Source: an uncultured Collinsella sp.
GTDB lineage: Bacteria > Actinomycetota > Coriobacteriia > Coriobacteriales > Coriobacteriaceae
Reading direction: 5' to 3'
NCBI GenBank assembly: GCA_900547285.1
Contig: URGF01000001.1
Span: 1-44,872 of the forward strand
DNA length: 44,872 bases
Shown: piece after piece, positions 35,174-44,872 of the stretch
Position numbering within the stretch: position 1 is the first letter of the stretch
Layout of the letters: each line of letters opens with the position of its first letter
Made by a program: the position numbers and the translations under genes
Notes under the pieces: model-generated
Told to the model about the DNA's origin: nothing
The model's input: the letters and a program-made list of their open reading frames with translations, nothing else
Database searches by the model: none

Positions 35174-37801
35174 CTACTCGGCGTCTGGAACCTCGTAGGT
35201 GGCCGTCGGCGTGTTGTCGCACACGACGGTAAAGGCGCCGTCCTTGTCGGCATCGACCGTCACCTGATCGCCCTCGCGCACCGTACCGTCGATAATAGCG
35301 GCGGCAATGGCATCCACGACCTCGCGCTGCACGAGACGCTTGAGCGGACGGGCGCCAAAGACCGGGTCCAGGCCGCCCACGGCGAGCATCTGCTTGGCCG
35401 CCGGGGTGATGGCAAGCGTCATGCGCTCCTTGGCCAGACGTGCGCGGACGTCGGCGAGCTGAATATCGACGATCTTTTCGATCTGCGCCATGCCGAGCGG
35501 ATGGAACACCACGATATCGTCGATACGGTTGAGGAACTCGGGGCGGAAGGTTTGAGCCATGGCCGCGTCGACCTGATGGCGCATCTCCTCCTCGTCCTTG
35601 CCGGACAGATCGGCGATAGCCTTGGAACCCACGTTGGACGTCATGATGATAATCGTGTTCTTGAAGGACACCTGGCGACCCTGGCCATCGGTCAGACGGC
35701 CGTCGTCAAGCACCTGCAATAGCACGTTAAAGACATCCGGATGAGCCTTCTCCATCTCGTCGAGCAAGATCACGGAGTACGGACGACGGCGCACGGCCTC
35801 GGTGAGCTGGCCGCCCTCGTCGTAGCCCACGTATCCCGGAGGCGCACCGATCAGACGCTGGACGCTGAACTTCTCCATATACTCGGACATGTCGATACGC
35901 ACGAGCGCGCGCTCGTCATCGAACAGGCACTCGGCCAGCGCCTTGGCGAGCTCGGTCTTGCCTACGCCGGTGGGGCCCAGGAAGAAGAAGCTGCCGATGG
36001 GCTTGTCCGGATCGGAGAGACCCGCACGGCTGCGGCGCACGGCCGCGGCCACGGCGGATACGGCCTCGTCCTGGCCAATGACGCGCTTATGCAGCTCGCC
36101 CTCCAGGCCCTTCAACTTGTCGAGCTCGCCCTGCATCATCTTGGACACGGGCACGCCGGTCCAGGCACTCACGACCTCGGCGATCTCATCGGAGGTCACC
36201 TGCTCGTTGAGGCCCTCGCCGTCCTGCTGCTTTTGCGCCTCGAGCGCAGCCTCGGAATCCTGAATCTGCTGCTGCAGGCCCGGAATCACGGAGTAGCGCA
36301 GCTCGGACGCACGGCCCAGGTCGCCGTTGCGCGTCGCACGCTCCTCTTCGCTCTTGGCCTCGTCAAGCTGTCCCTTGAGCTCCTGCACGTGGTCGATGGC
36401 GTTCTTCTGGTTGAGCCAGCCGGCCTTTTGCACGTTGAGCTTTTCTTGGACCTCGGCAATCTCTTGGCGCAGGGCCTCCAGACGCTCCTTGGAGGCGTCG
36501 TCGGTCTCCTTCATGAGCGCCTGCTCCTCGATCTGCAGCTGGGTGAGCTGACGCGTGGTGGCATCGATCTCGACCGGCATGCTGTCGAGCTCCATGCGCA
36601 GGCGGCTTGCCGCCTCATCGACCAGGTCGATGGCCTTGTCGGGCAGGAAGCGGTCGGCGATGTAGCGATCGGAGAGGTCGGCAGCTGCCACGAGCGCGCT
36701 ATCGGTGATATGCACGCCGTGGAAGATCTCGTACTTCTCCTTGAGGCCACGCAGGATCGAGATGGTGTCCTCGACGGTAGGCTCGCTCACCATAACGGTC
36801 TGGAAACGACGGGCGAGCGCCGCGTCCTTCTCGATGTACTTGCGGTATTCGTCAAGCGTGGTCGCGCCGATCGCGTGCAGGTCGCCACGAGCGAGCGCCG
36901 GCTTGAGGATATTGCCGGCGTCCATGGAGCCCTCGGTGGCACCCGCGCCCACGATGGTGTGGAGCTCATCGATGAACAGGATGACCTTGCCCTCGGACTT
37001 TTGCACTTCCTTGAGCACAGCCTTCAAGCGGTCCTCGAACTCGCCGCGGTACTTGGCGCCGGCGACCAGCGCGCTCATGTCGAGCTCGATGAGGTCGCGA
37101 TCGCGCAGGGTGCTCGGCACGTCGCCGGCCACGATACGCTGGGCGATGCCCTCGACGATGGCCGTCTTGCCGACGCCCGGCTCGCCGATGAGCACGGGGT
37201 TGTTCTTGGTGCGGCGGGACAGGACCTGAATAGTACGACGGATCTCGTCGGTACGGCCGATGACCGGGTCGAGCTTGCCGGCGCGGGCCAGGTCGCAGAT
37301 GTTGCGGCCATACTGCTCCAGCGCCTCAAACTGGGTCTTGTCCTCGGCAGACGTCACGCGGTCATCGCCACGCAGCTCCTCATAGACCTGCTCGATGCGC
37401 TCCTTGGTAACGCCGACGTCGCGCAGTACACGACCAGCCTCGCCCTTGTCCTCGGCAAGCGCCATCAGCAAATGCTCGGTCACCACAAAGCTGTCGCCCA
37501 TCTTGGTGGCCTTCTTCTCGGCCTTCTCGATGACGCGGACGAGCTCATTGGACAGGCCCATCTGCTGGCCCTCGCCCGAAACCTTGGGCGCGCGGTCGAT
37601 GGCATCTTGTGTGGAGCGTGCAAGCTGGGCCGGGTCGGCGCCGATGCGCTCGATGATCACGGAGATATTGCGCTCGCCGGCACCAAGCAGGGCGGACAGC
37701 AGGTGAATCGGCTCCACCGCGCCGGCCTGCGCGTCGGCAGCCGTGCTCATGGCGGTCTGCAGCGCCTCGCGCGACGTCATTGCTAGCTTATCGATTCTCA
37801 T
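35174..37801 (-). CDS. clpB: ATP-dependent chaperone ClpB
   Basis: Two AAA modules ([16 protein letters not shown]), long middle coiled coil, [17 protein letters not shown]; 875 aa. Confidence 0.97.
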   Translation of the reverse strand: MRIDKLAMTSREALQTAMSTAADAQAGAVEPIHLLSALLGAGERNISVIIERIGADPAQLARSTQDAIDRAPKVSGEGQQMGLSNELVRVIEKAEKKATKMGDSFVVTEHLLMALAEDKGEAGRVLRDVGVTKERIEQVYEELRGDDRVTSAEDKTQFEALEQYGRNICDLARAGKLDPVIGRTDEIRRTIQVLSRRTKNNPVLIGEPGVGKTAIVEGIAQRIVAGDVPSTLRDRDLIELDMSALVAGAKYRGEFEDRLKAVLKEVQKSEGKVILFIDELHTIVGAGATEGSMDAGNILKPALARGDLHAIGATTLDEYRKYIEKDAALARRFQTVMVSEPTVEDTISILRGLKEKYEIFHGVHITDSALVAAADLSDRYIADRFLPDKAIDLVDEAASRLRMELDSMPVEIDATTRQLTQLQIEEQALMKETDDASKERLEALRQEIAEVQEKLNVQKAGWLNQKNAIDHVQELKGQLDEAKSEEERATRNGDLGRASELRYSVIPGLQQQIQDSEAALEAQKQQDGEGLNEQVTSDEIAEVVSAWTGVPVSKMMQGELDKLKGLEGELHKRVIGQDEAVSAVAAAVRRSRAGLSDPDKPIGSFFFLGPTGVGKTELAKALAECLFDDERALVRIDMSEYMEKFSVQRLIGAPPGYVGYDEGGQLTEAVRRRPYSVILLDEMEKAHPDVFNVLLQVLDDGRLTDGQGRQVSFKNTIIIMTSNVGSKAIADLSGKDEEEMRHQVDAAMAQTFRPEFLNRIDDIVVFHPLGMAQIEKIVDIQLADVRARLAKERMTLAITPAAKQMLAVGGLDPVFGARPLKRLVQREVVDAIAAAIIDGTVREGDQVTVDADKDGAFTVVCDNTPTATYEVPDAE

Positions 37802-37979
37802 GGAATCACCTCTCTTGGGGCGGCCGCCCTACGGGGCGGCTTCACGTTGTTCGAGAAGTATTGTTGCCAGCTTTGCGCGATCTTATACACAAATCTAAGT
37901 CTCTATATATAAGATTTTCTGAGTGATTGAGAGATAGGACTTGAGAGTGTCGGTCCGGCGCGACCGTGGAACCCAACTG

Positions 37980-38114
37980 TCTCAATCTGTAACATCTGGC
38001 AGCCCTTTTCGGTCCCAGGTGTTACAGATTGAGATGGAGCGCGGAGCCCCGCCCAAAAATCTCAATCTGTAACACCAGGCCCGCTTTTAACAGCCCAGCT
38101 GTTACAGATCGAGA
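37980..38114. repeat. REPIN-like hairpin array, 2 units of 80 bp
   Basis: TCTCAATCTGTAACA at 37980 and 38060; inverted copies at 38020 and 38100. Confidence 0.85.
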
Positions 38115-38124
38115 CAAACGGAAG

Positions 38125-38157
38125 CACCACAAAGGGGACAGGCACCTTTGTGTTGGT
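38125..38157. repeat. REP-like palindrome (CACAAAGG...CCTTTGTG family)
   Basis: Related copies at 39006-39040, 40485-40517, 40761-40795 and a half copy at 41639-41660. Confidence 0.8.
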
Positions 38158-38282
38158 CCACATCAACATCGAGCTCGCTCCTAATATCCGTTATTCCTGC
38201 TCGTATTGAGGTTAAAATGAACTGTGATTAAAGCATATTCATTTCTCTCGTTCTTGATAGCTCTTCGTCTCAAGGAGCAGAT

Positions 38283-38951
38283 ATGAAGTCGTCTTATTCT
38301 ACTGCTCGCAACGTCATTGCCATTCTCGCCATACCCATCGTGATGCTCTTTCTTATCGTCGTCACACCCTTTTCCCTGGGTATCGCCTCGCCCTTCGATT
38401 TGTGCGGGATGGTCGACGCCGGCTCGCGTGCCACCTCGCTCTCCTTTATCTGCCGCGGTGTGCTCTACGAAGATGCAATTCCCACCGGGCTTTGGCGGTC
38501 AAAGCTGCCGCTGCTCGGTCAGGTCGACGGACGTTCTCCCTACTTCAACCTTGAACCTCAAGCGATGAACTATCTGATCGATGACCAACCCCTTGCCTCC
38601 ATCACCCTCGCTTACGACTATGCTCCAAACACCGATGAGCGTCACATGAACCAAGTCCTCGACAAACTGCTTGAACAGTGCGGGCTCACCGATGAGGTCG
38701 GCCGAACCGTCGACAGCGACCAGAAATTAAAGCGAACAGAACTCCGCCGCATAGGAAAAATCAGAGAGCGAGGCAGAGCTGCCTACTGGCAGGCCTGGGC
38801 GATACGCGACAAAAGCGAATTTGGGCACAGCACCTATACGGTCACCGTCTTCACTAAAGATGGAATCAAGGACAATGTTGACGATTTCGCATCGTCCAAA
38901 CTCGGCATCCCCAAAACGACCAAATCCGCCAGCCCGGACGAAATCCTGTAG
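38283..38951 (+). CDS. Hypothetical exported/membrane-anchored protein
   Basis: AAGGAG SD; N-terminal hydrophobic helix; no recognisable motif. Confidence 0.7.
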   Translation: MKSSYSTARNVIAILAIPIVMLFLIVVTPFSLGIASPFDLCGMVDAGSRATSLSFICRGVLYEDAIPTGLWRSKLPLLGQVDGRSPYFNLEPQAMNYLIDDQPLASITLAYDYAPNTDERHMNQVLDKLLEQCGLTDEVGRTVDSDQKLKRTELRRIGKIRERGRAAYWQAWAIRDKSEFGHSTYTVTVFTKDGIKDNVDDFASSKLGIPKTTKSASPDEIL

Positions 38952-39069
38952 AGGTTTTCATTGAAATGTTGCTCAACCCGAACGGCGACATCGAGCTCGC
39001 TCCCCACCACCACAAAGGTGCCCGTCCCCTTTGTGGTGGTTTTCGGCGATCATTTCCGCCCTACGATGC

Positions 39070-39109
39070 AAGAAGCCGCCGCAGGAACCATCCCTGCGGC
39101 GGCTTCTTT
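39070..39109. terminator. Bidirectional terminator
   Basis: AAGAAGCCGCCGCAGG-N7-CCTGCGGCGGCTTCTT between convergent genes. Confidence 0.8.
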
Positions 39110-39196
39110 GGGTTGGCAGGGACCAATCGCCGGCGTTGAAGGCCGTTTTTAGTCTCTGACGTTGGCTTTTGGCCCCTTCAAGCTATCCGACAAATA

Positions 39197-40312
39197 TCAA
39201 TATCTTGATAGGATTTCATTCGAGCTCTTAAGCAGATATTCGCGCAGCAATGGAATCGAGAACCTCACCATGCCACGTGAGGGCGCATCGATAACCTGTG
39301 CCTTGATAAGTTGCCGTCGTGTCGCTGTCAGGCTCGCAGGGGGCAAGGAGAGCCCCGCTGCGATCTCTTTGGTCGGCACATTCCCCTCATGCTTGGCCAT
39401 GGCAATGAGGTACTCAATCGCGCGAAGCGGCAAATCGGCAAGGGCAACGTCGAGCACGGAGCCCTCAAACTCCCCATACGCATCTTCAATGCCCTTCTGG
39501 GCATCCTCAAGTGAAATCGACGCATCGCGGTCGGCATGCCTGCGCGCATTCGCGAATACGCGATAGCCCACGAGTTGCACGAGATACGCATATCCCCTCG
39601 TAGCACAAGCCGTCATTTCAAGCGCCTTGCCATCCAAGTGCAAACCGGCACCTTCCACGGTTGAAGCCATCGAATCCGAAACATCCGACAGCGGAATCGA
39701 GGCGAGCTCCTCAGCCTTAGCTCGTTGTAGAAATGTAAGGGCACGGCCGTTGATGAGGTCCATTACGCCCATGGTCAAGCCAGCAAATACAAACGCGATA
39801 TTCTTGCGTTCGCGGATAAGGTGCTGCACGGCCGCTGCAACGAGCCGCACGTCATCAGCATCCGCATCCTGTATTTCATCGACCGTCACCAGCAGACCGG
39901 CACCATGTTGCGTTTCCCGCGACGCCACGCTCGTCAAGACGCCCCGCAACGTCTCAGGCCCGGTCAAGGACTTAGATACGCCCGCTTTCACCACACCAAG
40001 ACTTGCTTCTAAATGAAGCTCGGTATTGTCCGAGGTGCGTGCGAGCTCATGTTGAATGGCGTCGACGATACTGCCCGCCGCAGTCACGTCAACCACGCGC
40101 CAACCATACGACTTCGCAATATCGCCGAGCTCTGTCAACAGCGCCGTCTTGCCCGACCCGCGCGGGCCGGTAATGCGCATGAGCCTTCCGGGGGCGCCCA
40201 CGCCTTCTTCGATGCCGTCCCTAAAATCATCAATAACCCGCTCGCGTCCGATAAGGACCGGAGGTTCAGCGCCAGCGGTCGGCTTAAACGGGTTGATTAT
40301 CGTGCGCTTCAA
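39197..40312 (-). CDS. P-loop ATPase (AAA_16/archaeal-ATPase-like) with C-terminal wHTH
   Basis: NPF.P..G..PP.LIGRE, GPRGSGKT, VDEIQ, GYAYLVQL and a C-terminal HTH (TKEIAAGL...RRQLIKAQVI). SD spacing favours TTG 40312 over GTG 40321. Confidence 0.85.
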   Translation of the reverse strand: MKRTIINPFKPTAGAEPPVLIGRERVIDDFRDGIEEGVGAPGRLMRITGPRGSGKTALLTELGDIAKSYGWRVVDVTAAGSIVDAIQHELARTSDNTELHLEASLGVVKAGVSKSLTGPETLRGVLTSVASRETQHGAGLLVTVDEIQDADADDVRLVAAAVQHLIRERKNIAFVFAGLTMGVMDLINGRALTFLQRAKAEELASIPLSDVSDSMASTVEGAGLHLDGKALEMTACATRGYAYLVQLVGYRVFANARRHADRDASISLEDAQKGIEDAYGEFEGSVLDVALADLPLRAIEYLIAMAKHEGNVPTKEIAAGLSLPPASLTATRRQLIKAQVIDAPSRGMVRFSIPLLREYLLKSSNEILSRY

Positions 40313-40537
40313 TGTCCCCACCTTCCTACTGTCGTCGTTATCGTGATTATAGTATCAATAGTGCAAATAGTGAAAGTAGTGAGAATAGTTCAACTATTTA
40401 ATCATGCGGCCGTTTCCCGCCGCTAACAACTAAAGGTGCCAACAGTCCGCGTTGGACTCTAACAGGAAAACATTTGGCCCCTCAAAAACCACCGCAAGGG
40501 GCCTTTGTGGTGGTTTTCGCTCCAACACACCCCGCTG

Positions 40538-40752
40538 TCTCAACCTGTAACATCCAGCGGCCCTTTTCGGTCCCAGGTGTTACAGATTTAGATGAAGCGA
40601 TCGACGGCAACCGTTTGTCTCAATCTGTAACAACTACTCGGCAAATTGGGGTCCAGATGTTACAGATCGAGATTAACCGCGGAGCCCCGTCCGAAAATCT
40701 CAACCTGTAACACCAAACCCGCTTTTTGCAGCCCAGCTGTTACAGATTGAGA
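40538..40752. repeat. REPIN-like hairpin array, 3 units of 80 bp
   Basis: TCTCAA(T/C)CTGTAACA at 40538, 40618, 40698; inverted copies at 40578, 40658, 40738. Confidence 0.85.
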
Positions 40753-40981
40753 CCAATGAAACCACCACAAAGGCGCCTGCCCCCTTTATGGTGGTCCAGA
40801 GAAGAATCAGCCCCAATTACAAGAGGCGGCATCAAGCCCAGCCTACGTTTGGCGACCCCAAATCGAAGTCCAATGGGGCCTTTCAGCCCCCTCATTCCGG
40901 GCGGTCGCTTGCTTTTGAATATTGTCTTAAGATGGTATCATTTATCTTAATGATTGCATACTGTTTGCGAGGTGCCCCACC

Positions 40982-41629
40982 GTGAAACGCTCCACCTATA
41001 TCGGCCTACTCGTCTTAGCGTTTGCGATTACCGCAGTCGGCGTGGGCATTATCTATCTCGCATTTCTCCCCGCCTCTGCAACGCAGGCGGTGATTGAGAC
41101 CGTAAGCTATCCCATCGAAATCCTCACCGATATCGTCAAACCCGATTCGATCACCGTCGATTTTGACGGTACGCCCGCAGCGCTTGGGGTCAGCAACTAT
41201 CCCCGAATCGAACTTGGGGCCACGCGCTATACCCAAGATGAGCAGCTTATCGGCAAGGCAACCAATTTACTCAAAGGCAAAACGTTTACGCGGTGGTACG
41301 GCGCCGCAATATATCGAGCCAAGAAAGGCCAAATGAATGGCGGGTATTATTCGACCCTTGAACTCGATGCGGCAAACGGGAGCAGACTGTGCAACGTCTC
41401 ATACGACCCCGGCTACGTGGACAACGAAGGGCCGGGGGTCTATATCTCGGATGGCGACGTAATCTACGTCATGGAAGGCGACCAGACGGCAGTCGTCGAT
41501 TTTATGGATCGGTGTACCGAGGATGCCTACGAACAAACCTGCGAGCCCGATCCACAGACAGCGCGCGACAGCGGCTCAGCACGCACTTGGCTATTTGACG
41601 ATGAGATAACCTGGACCCCATCGAAATAA
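40982..41629 (+). CDS. Hypothetical exported/membrane-anchored protein
   Basis: GAGGTG SD with GTG start; N-terminal TM helix; no recognisable motif. Confidence 0.7.
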   Translation: MKRSTYIGLLVLAFAITAVGVGIIYLAFLPASATQAVIETVSYPIEILTDIVKPDSITVDFDGTPAALGVSNYPRIELGATRYTQDEQLIGKATNLLKGKTFTRWYGAAIYRAKKGQMNGGYYSTLELDAANGSRLCNVSYDPGYVDNEGPGVYISDGDVIYVMEGDQTAVVDFMDRCTEDAYEQTCEPDPQTARDSGSARTWLFDDEITWTPSK

Positions 41630-41747
41630 GAACCCGCCGGACAGGCACCTTTGTGGTGGTCCAAAAAGAAGCCGCCCCAATAAAAAGAGGCGGCATCAAG
41701 CAAGTCTATTTATTAGCGTCCCTCAAAACCCAACGAGAACGCGGAAA

Positions 41748-41830
41748 TGTCGCCCGGGGCTTTTCCTTTCCCGAACGCGACCCTCGCGAAGCGCGTGAGC
41801 GGGCGGGAAAGGGTAAGCCCCGGGCGGACA
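41748..41830. repeat. Long imperfect hairpin downstream of the hydratase (terminator or REP-like)
   Basis: TGTC-GCCCGGGGCTTTTCCTTTCCCG ... CGGGAAAGGGTAAGCCCCGGGC-GGACA. Confidence 0.55.
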
Positions 41831-41840
41831 ATTAAGTGCG

Positions 41841-44141
41841 TTACTCGGCAGCGGCCTTGAACTTGTTGTAGTTGATCAGGCAGCCGGCCTTGACGATGGC
41901 ACGTTCTTCGGCTGTCATATCGGCAATGTAGAGCTCAATCTGCTCGACCGCACCATCGGCGCGCACCACGTAGGCGGCGATGTTCTTGAGGTCGCCATCG
42001 AGCGCGGCACGGATGCCCGGCACAAAGACGTAGTCGCCCACCTCAAAGTTGGGCTCGGCCTCCATCTGGAAGGGCACCATGCCCCAGTTCATGACGTTGG
42101 AGCGATAGCGCTTGGTGGCGTACTCGTGAACGATGTTGGCCAGGCCGCCAATTACGCGCTGGCAGCTCGCGGCCTGCTCGCGGGCGGAACCGTCACCGGG
42201 CTTCTTGGCATAGAGCATGGAGCCAAACTCGGTCGCCTTGGCATCGGCCGCGACACCCACGCCGGCCAGTGCCTCGAACACACCGGCAAGCTCGGCATCG
42301 AGTGCCGCCAGGTCACCCGCGGCCTCGCCGGCCACGCGACGCTTCTCCACGGCGTCGACCTCCTTGGAGCGGCCCACGTAGGCCGGGTCGCGACGGCTCA
42401 GCGTAAACTCGGCCAGGCCCAGCGGGTTGGAGCGGAAGGAGCTCGTCTCGCCCGATGGGATCAGCTCGTCGGTCGTGGTGACCGGGTCCATGATCTTGGA
42501 GCACACCTTGAGCAGGATATCGTCGCCGAGGGGCTCCATCGCGGGCCACGGCTTGATGTTGGGGCCTTCGACCAGCTCGTCGGCAGGCTCCGCCTTGCCA
42601 AAGCCCCAGTACACGCGCTTTTTGTACGGCACGTCGTCAAAGGTGTACTCGCAGGCCTCGTCCCAGGTGTCCTCGGGCAGGTCGGTCGCCGGCGTCAGGA
42701 TGCCGCCGTTGGCAGCCGTCGCCGCAATGGAACGGGCGTCCATCAGAGCCACGGCGCTCAGCTGGCCATTGCCCGGCTTGGAGCCCTCGCGGTTGGGGAA
42801 GTTGCGCGTAGTGTGGCGGATCGACAGGCCGTTGTTGGCGGGCGTGTCGCCGGCACCAAAGCACGGGCCGCAGAATGCCGTGCGCACGATCGCGCCGGCC
42901 TCCATAAGGTCGTAGATATAGCCGCGGCGTGTAAGCTCGAGTGCCACGGGCTGGCTCGTGGGATAGACCGACAGCGAGAACTCGCCGCAGCCGGTGTTGG
43001 CGCCCTTGAGCACGCGGGCAGCCTGGACCACGGAGTCGTAGTTGCCGCCCGAGCAGCCGGCGATAACGCCCTGCTGCACGTGCAGCTTGCCGTCGACAAT
43101 CTTGTCGAGCAGGCTAAAGTGCGTCTTGCCCTCGCCGATCTTGGCGGCCTCGAGCTCCACCTCGTGAAGGATGTCCTCGAGGTTCTCGTTGAGCTCGTCA
43201 ATCTCAAAGCCGTTGGAAGGATGGAACGGCAGCGCAATCATGGGCTTGATGCTCGACAGATCGACCTCGACGCAGCCGTCGTAGTAGGCAACATCGGCAG
43301 GCTTGAGCTCGCGGTAGTCGTCGCCGCGGCCGTGCATGGCCAGGAATGCGTGCGTGTCCTCGTCGGTGGCCCAGATGCTCGACAGACAGGTGGTCTCGGT
43401 GGTCATGACGTCGACGCCGTTGCGGTAGTCGGTCGTCATGCTCGCGATGCCGGGGCCCACAAACTCCATGACCTTGTTCTTGACGTAGCCCTTGGCAAAG
43501 ACAGCGCGGATGATGGCGAGCGCCACATCGTGCGGGCCGACGCCGGGGCGCGGGGCACCCGTGAGGTAGATGGCGACAACGCCGGGATAGGCGACGTCGT
43601 AGGTGTCGCGCAGCAGTTGCTTTGCCAGCTCGCCGCCGCCCTCGCCCACGGCCATAGTGCCCAGAGCGCCGTAGCGGGTGTGCGAGTCGGAACCCAAGAT
43701 CATCTTGCCGCAACCGGCAAAGTTCTCGCGCATAAAGGAGTGGATGACGGCGATGTGCGGCGGGACGAAGATGCCGCCGTACTTCTTGGCCGCAGAGAGG
43801 CCAAAGACGTGGTCGTCCTCGTTGATGGTGCCGCCCACGGCGCACAGCGAATTATGGCAGTTGGTGAGCACGTAGGGCAGCGGGAACTGCTCCATGCCCG
43901 AGGCGCGCGCCGTCTGGATGATGCCGACAAAGGTGATGTCGTGGCTCGCCATGGCGTCGAAGCGAATCTTGAGCGCCTCGGGGTCGCCGGACGTATTGTG
44001 TGCCTGAAGGATCGAATACGCGATGGTGCCGCGCTTGGCATCCTCGGGCGTCTGCGTAATGCCGCGCTCAGCGGCCTCGGCTGCAGGCACAACCTCGCTG
44101 CCGCCGCGCAGGTAGATGCCGTCCTCGTACAGCTTAACCAT
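41841..44141 (-). CDS. Aconitase-family hydratase (YbhJ-like)
   Basis: [47 protein letters not shown] before ATG 44141. Confidence 0.9.
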   Translation of the reverse strand: MVKLYEDGIYLRGGSEVVPAAEAAERGITQTPEDAKRGTIAYSILQAHNTSGDPEALKIRFDAMASHDITFVGIIQTARASGMEQFPLPYVLTNCHNSLCAVGGTINEDDHVFGLSAAKKYGGIFVPPHIAVIHSFMRENFAGCGKMILGSDSHTRYGALGTMAVGEGGGELAKQLLRDTYDVAYPGVVAIYLTGAPRPGVGPHDVALAIIRAVFAKGYVKNKVMEFVGPGIASMTTDYRNGVDVMTTETTCLSSIWATDEDTHAFLAMHGRGDDYRELKPADVAYYDGCVEVDLSSIKPMIALPFHPSNGFEIDELNENLEDILHEVELEAAKIGEGKTHFSLLDKIVDGKLHVQQGVIAGCSGGNYDSVVQAARVLKGANTGCGEFSLSVYPTSQPVALELTRRGYIYDLMEAGAIVRTAFCGPCFGAGDTPANNGLSIRHTTRNFPNREGSKPGNGQLSAVALMDARSIAATAANGGILTPATDLPEDTWDEACEYTFDDVPYKKRVYWGFGKAEPADELVEGPNIKPWPAMEPLGDDILLKVCSKIMDPVTTTDELIPSGETSSFRSNPLGLAEFTLSRRDPAYVGRSKEVDAVEKRRVAGEAAGDLAALDAELAGVFEALAGVGVAADAKATEFGSMLYAKKPGDGSAREQAASCQRVIGGLANIVHEYATKRYRSNVMNWGMVPFQMEAEPNFEVGDYVFVPGIRAALDGDLKNIAAYVVRADGAVEQIELYIADMTAEERAIVKAGCLINYNKFKAAAE

Positions 44142-44383
44142 ACTGTCTCCCACTCTGCCCGAAAGGCTCGGGCGCATAGCATACATTCGTTCAATATCGT
44201 GCCATAGAACGGTTGCGAGCGGGTTACGAATCTGCGCGTTCACTTTATCTCAGTAAAGCAAAGGACGAGCCCGGTGTGGGCCGACAGATTTGGCGCAAGA
44301 GTGTCCCTTTCGACTAGTCATTTAAGAACGTCCATTACAGTCGAAATTGTCAGCCCGGGACCGTCTCGGGCTACGATTGAGGC

Positions 44384-44545
44384 GCGCCCAGAACGGGCCG
44401 CCGACCGGGCGCCCGCGCACGGCCGAACGTCCCTGCCCCCGAGAGGGCCCGTTGGGTGCTGCCGGCGCGGGACGCGCCGCCCCCGACGGCTGATAGGAAA
44501 GTGCCGGGCAGGTGCCGCGGCTGGTAATGTGAGTGCCGAGGGGGA
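44384..44545 (+). ncRNA. Putative IS110 bridge RNA
   Basis: 5' hairpin (44386-44398) plus two stem/internal-loop modules. GAACGTCC (44425-44432) equals the left flank 44326-44333, and GTAATG (44524-44529) is complementary to 44333-44338. Upstream TTGTCA-N19-TACGAT promoter. Confidence 0.7.
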
Positions 44546-44582
44546 GGCCATCCGGTCGAACGACTACCGGAAGGATACCACC

Positions 44583-44872
44583 GTGAAAGCGCCATCCACC
44601 AGGCCCGCGGCCGTGCTCGGCCTGGACGTCGGCAAGTCATCGCACTGGGCCTGCCTGGTCGACCGCGACGGGGAGGTGCTGGCCAGCGCCCCCGTCCGCA
44701 ACAGGGAGGCCGAGCTCGACGCGCTGTTCGCCTCCGCGCCCGCCGGCACGCTCGTCGTCGTCGACCAGTTCCGCAACATAGGGTCCCTCGCCGTGAGGCG
44801 GGCCCGCGCCGCGGGGCTCGGGGTCGCCCACCTGCCCGGGCTCGCCGCCAGCCGCGCCGCGGGCCGGTTCGC
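44583..44872 (+). CDS. IS110-family transposase/recombinase, 3'-truncated
   Basis: Manual translation MKAPSTRPAAVLGLDVGKSSHWACLVDRDGEV...LVVVDQ shows the RuvC-like GxDxGK..H motif; GGAAGGA SD; absent from the ORF track because no stop falls in the window. Confidence 0.9.
   Translation, partial: MKAPSTRPAAVLGLDVGKSSHWACLVDRDGEVLASAPVRNREAELDALFASAPAGTLVVVDQFRNIGSLAVRRARAAGLGVAHLPGLAASRAAGRF

Larger units (their letters stand above)
44332..44872 (+). mobile_element. IS110-family insertion sequence, left end (truncated by window)
   Basis: DEDD transposase ORF preceded by a ~250-bp structured non-coding end; junction inferred at the CC core 44332-44333. Confidence 0.85.

Noticed and set aside
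37980..40752. Possible CRISPR arrays with 40/80-bp period
   Set aside because: Units are inverted pairs, spacers are shared between the arrays, and no leader or cas genes are present; REPIN-like instead.
44318..44831. Short minus-strand ORFs near the window end
   Set aside because: They are antisense to the IS110 leader and transposase, which explain the region.

Overview
A high-GC actinobacterial chromosome segment, inferred from gene content to be Coriobacteriia, probably Collinsella-like. (1) 1-7914: fhaA-fhaB-PP2C phosphatase-rodA/pbpA fusion-pknB signalling and cell-wall cluster. (2) 8083-22246: a ~14.2 kb integrative mobilizable element in the 3' half of tRNA-Arg(CCT), bounded by 47-bp direct repeats. 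It carries a tyrosine integrase, an Xis-like HTH, a wHTH/Rep-like protein, three translationally coupled metallophosphoesterases, a 41-aa type I toxin-like ORF missing from the ORF track, a relaxase, MobC and a putative oriT, a lipoprotein, a 1099-aa coiled-coil/CAP/sortase-anchored surface protein, an XRE regulator and an iteron-like array. (3) 22580-37801: mannose-family PTS operon, a hypA/flavo-FeS oxidoreductase/TetR/DUF5692-like locus, an AAA ATPase and clpB. (4) 37980-41701: small orphan exported-protein genes embedded in REP/REPIN-like repeat scaffolds, followed by an aconitase-family hydratase. (5) 44332-end: the left end of an IS110 element, also missing from the ORF track. Its non-coding leader folds like a bridge RNA, and two of its guide segments match the visible insertion junction. 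All calls come from reading motifs by eye; no searches were run.
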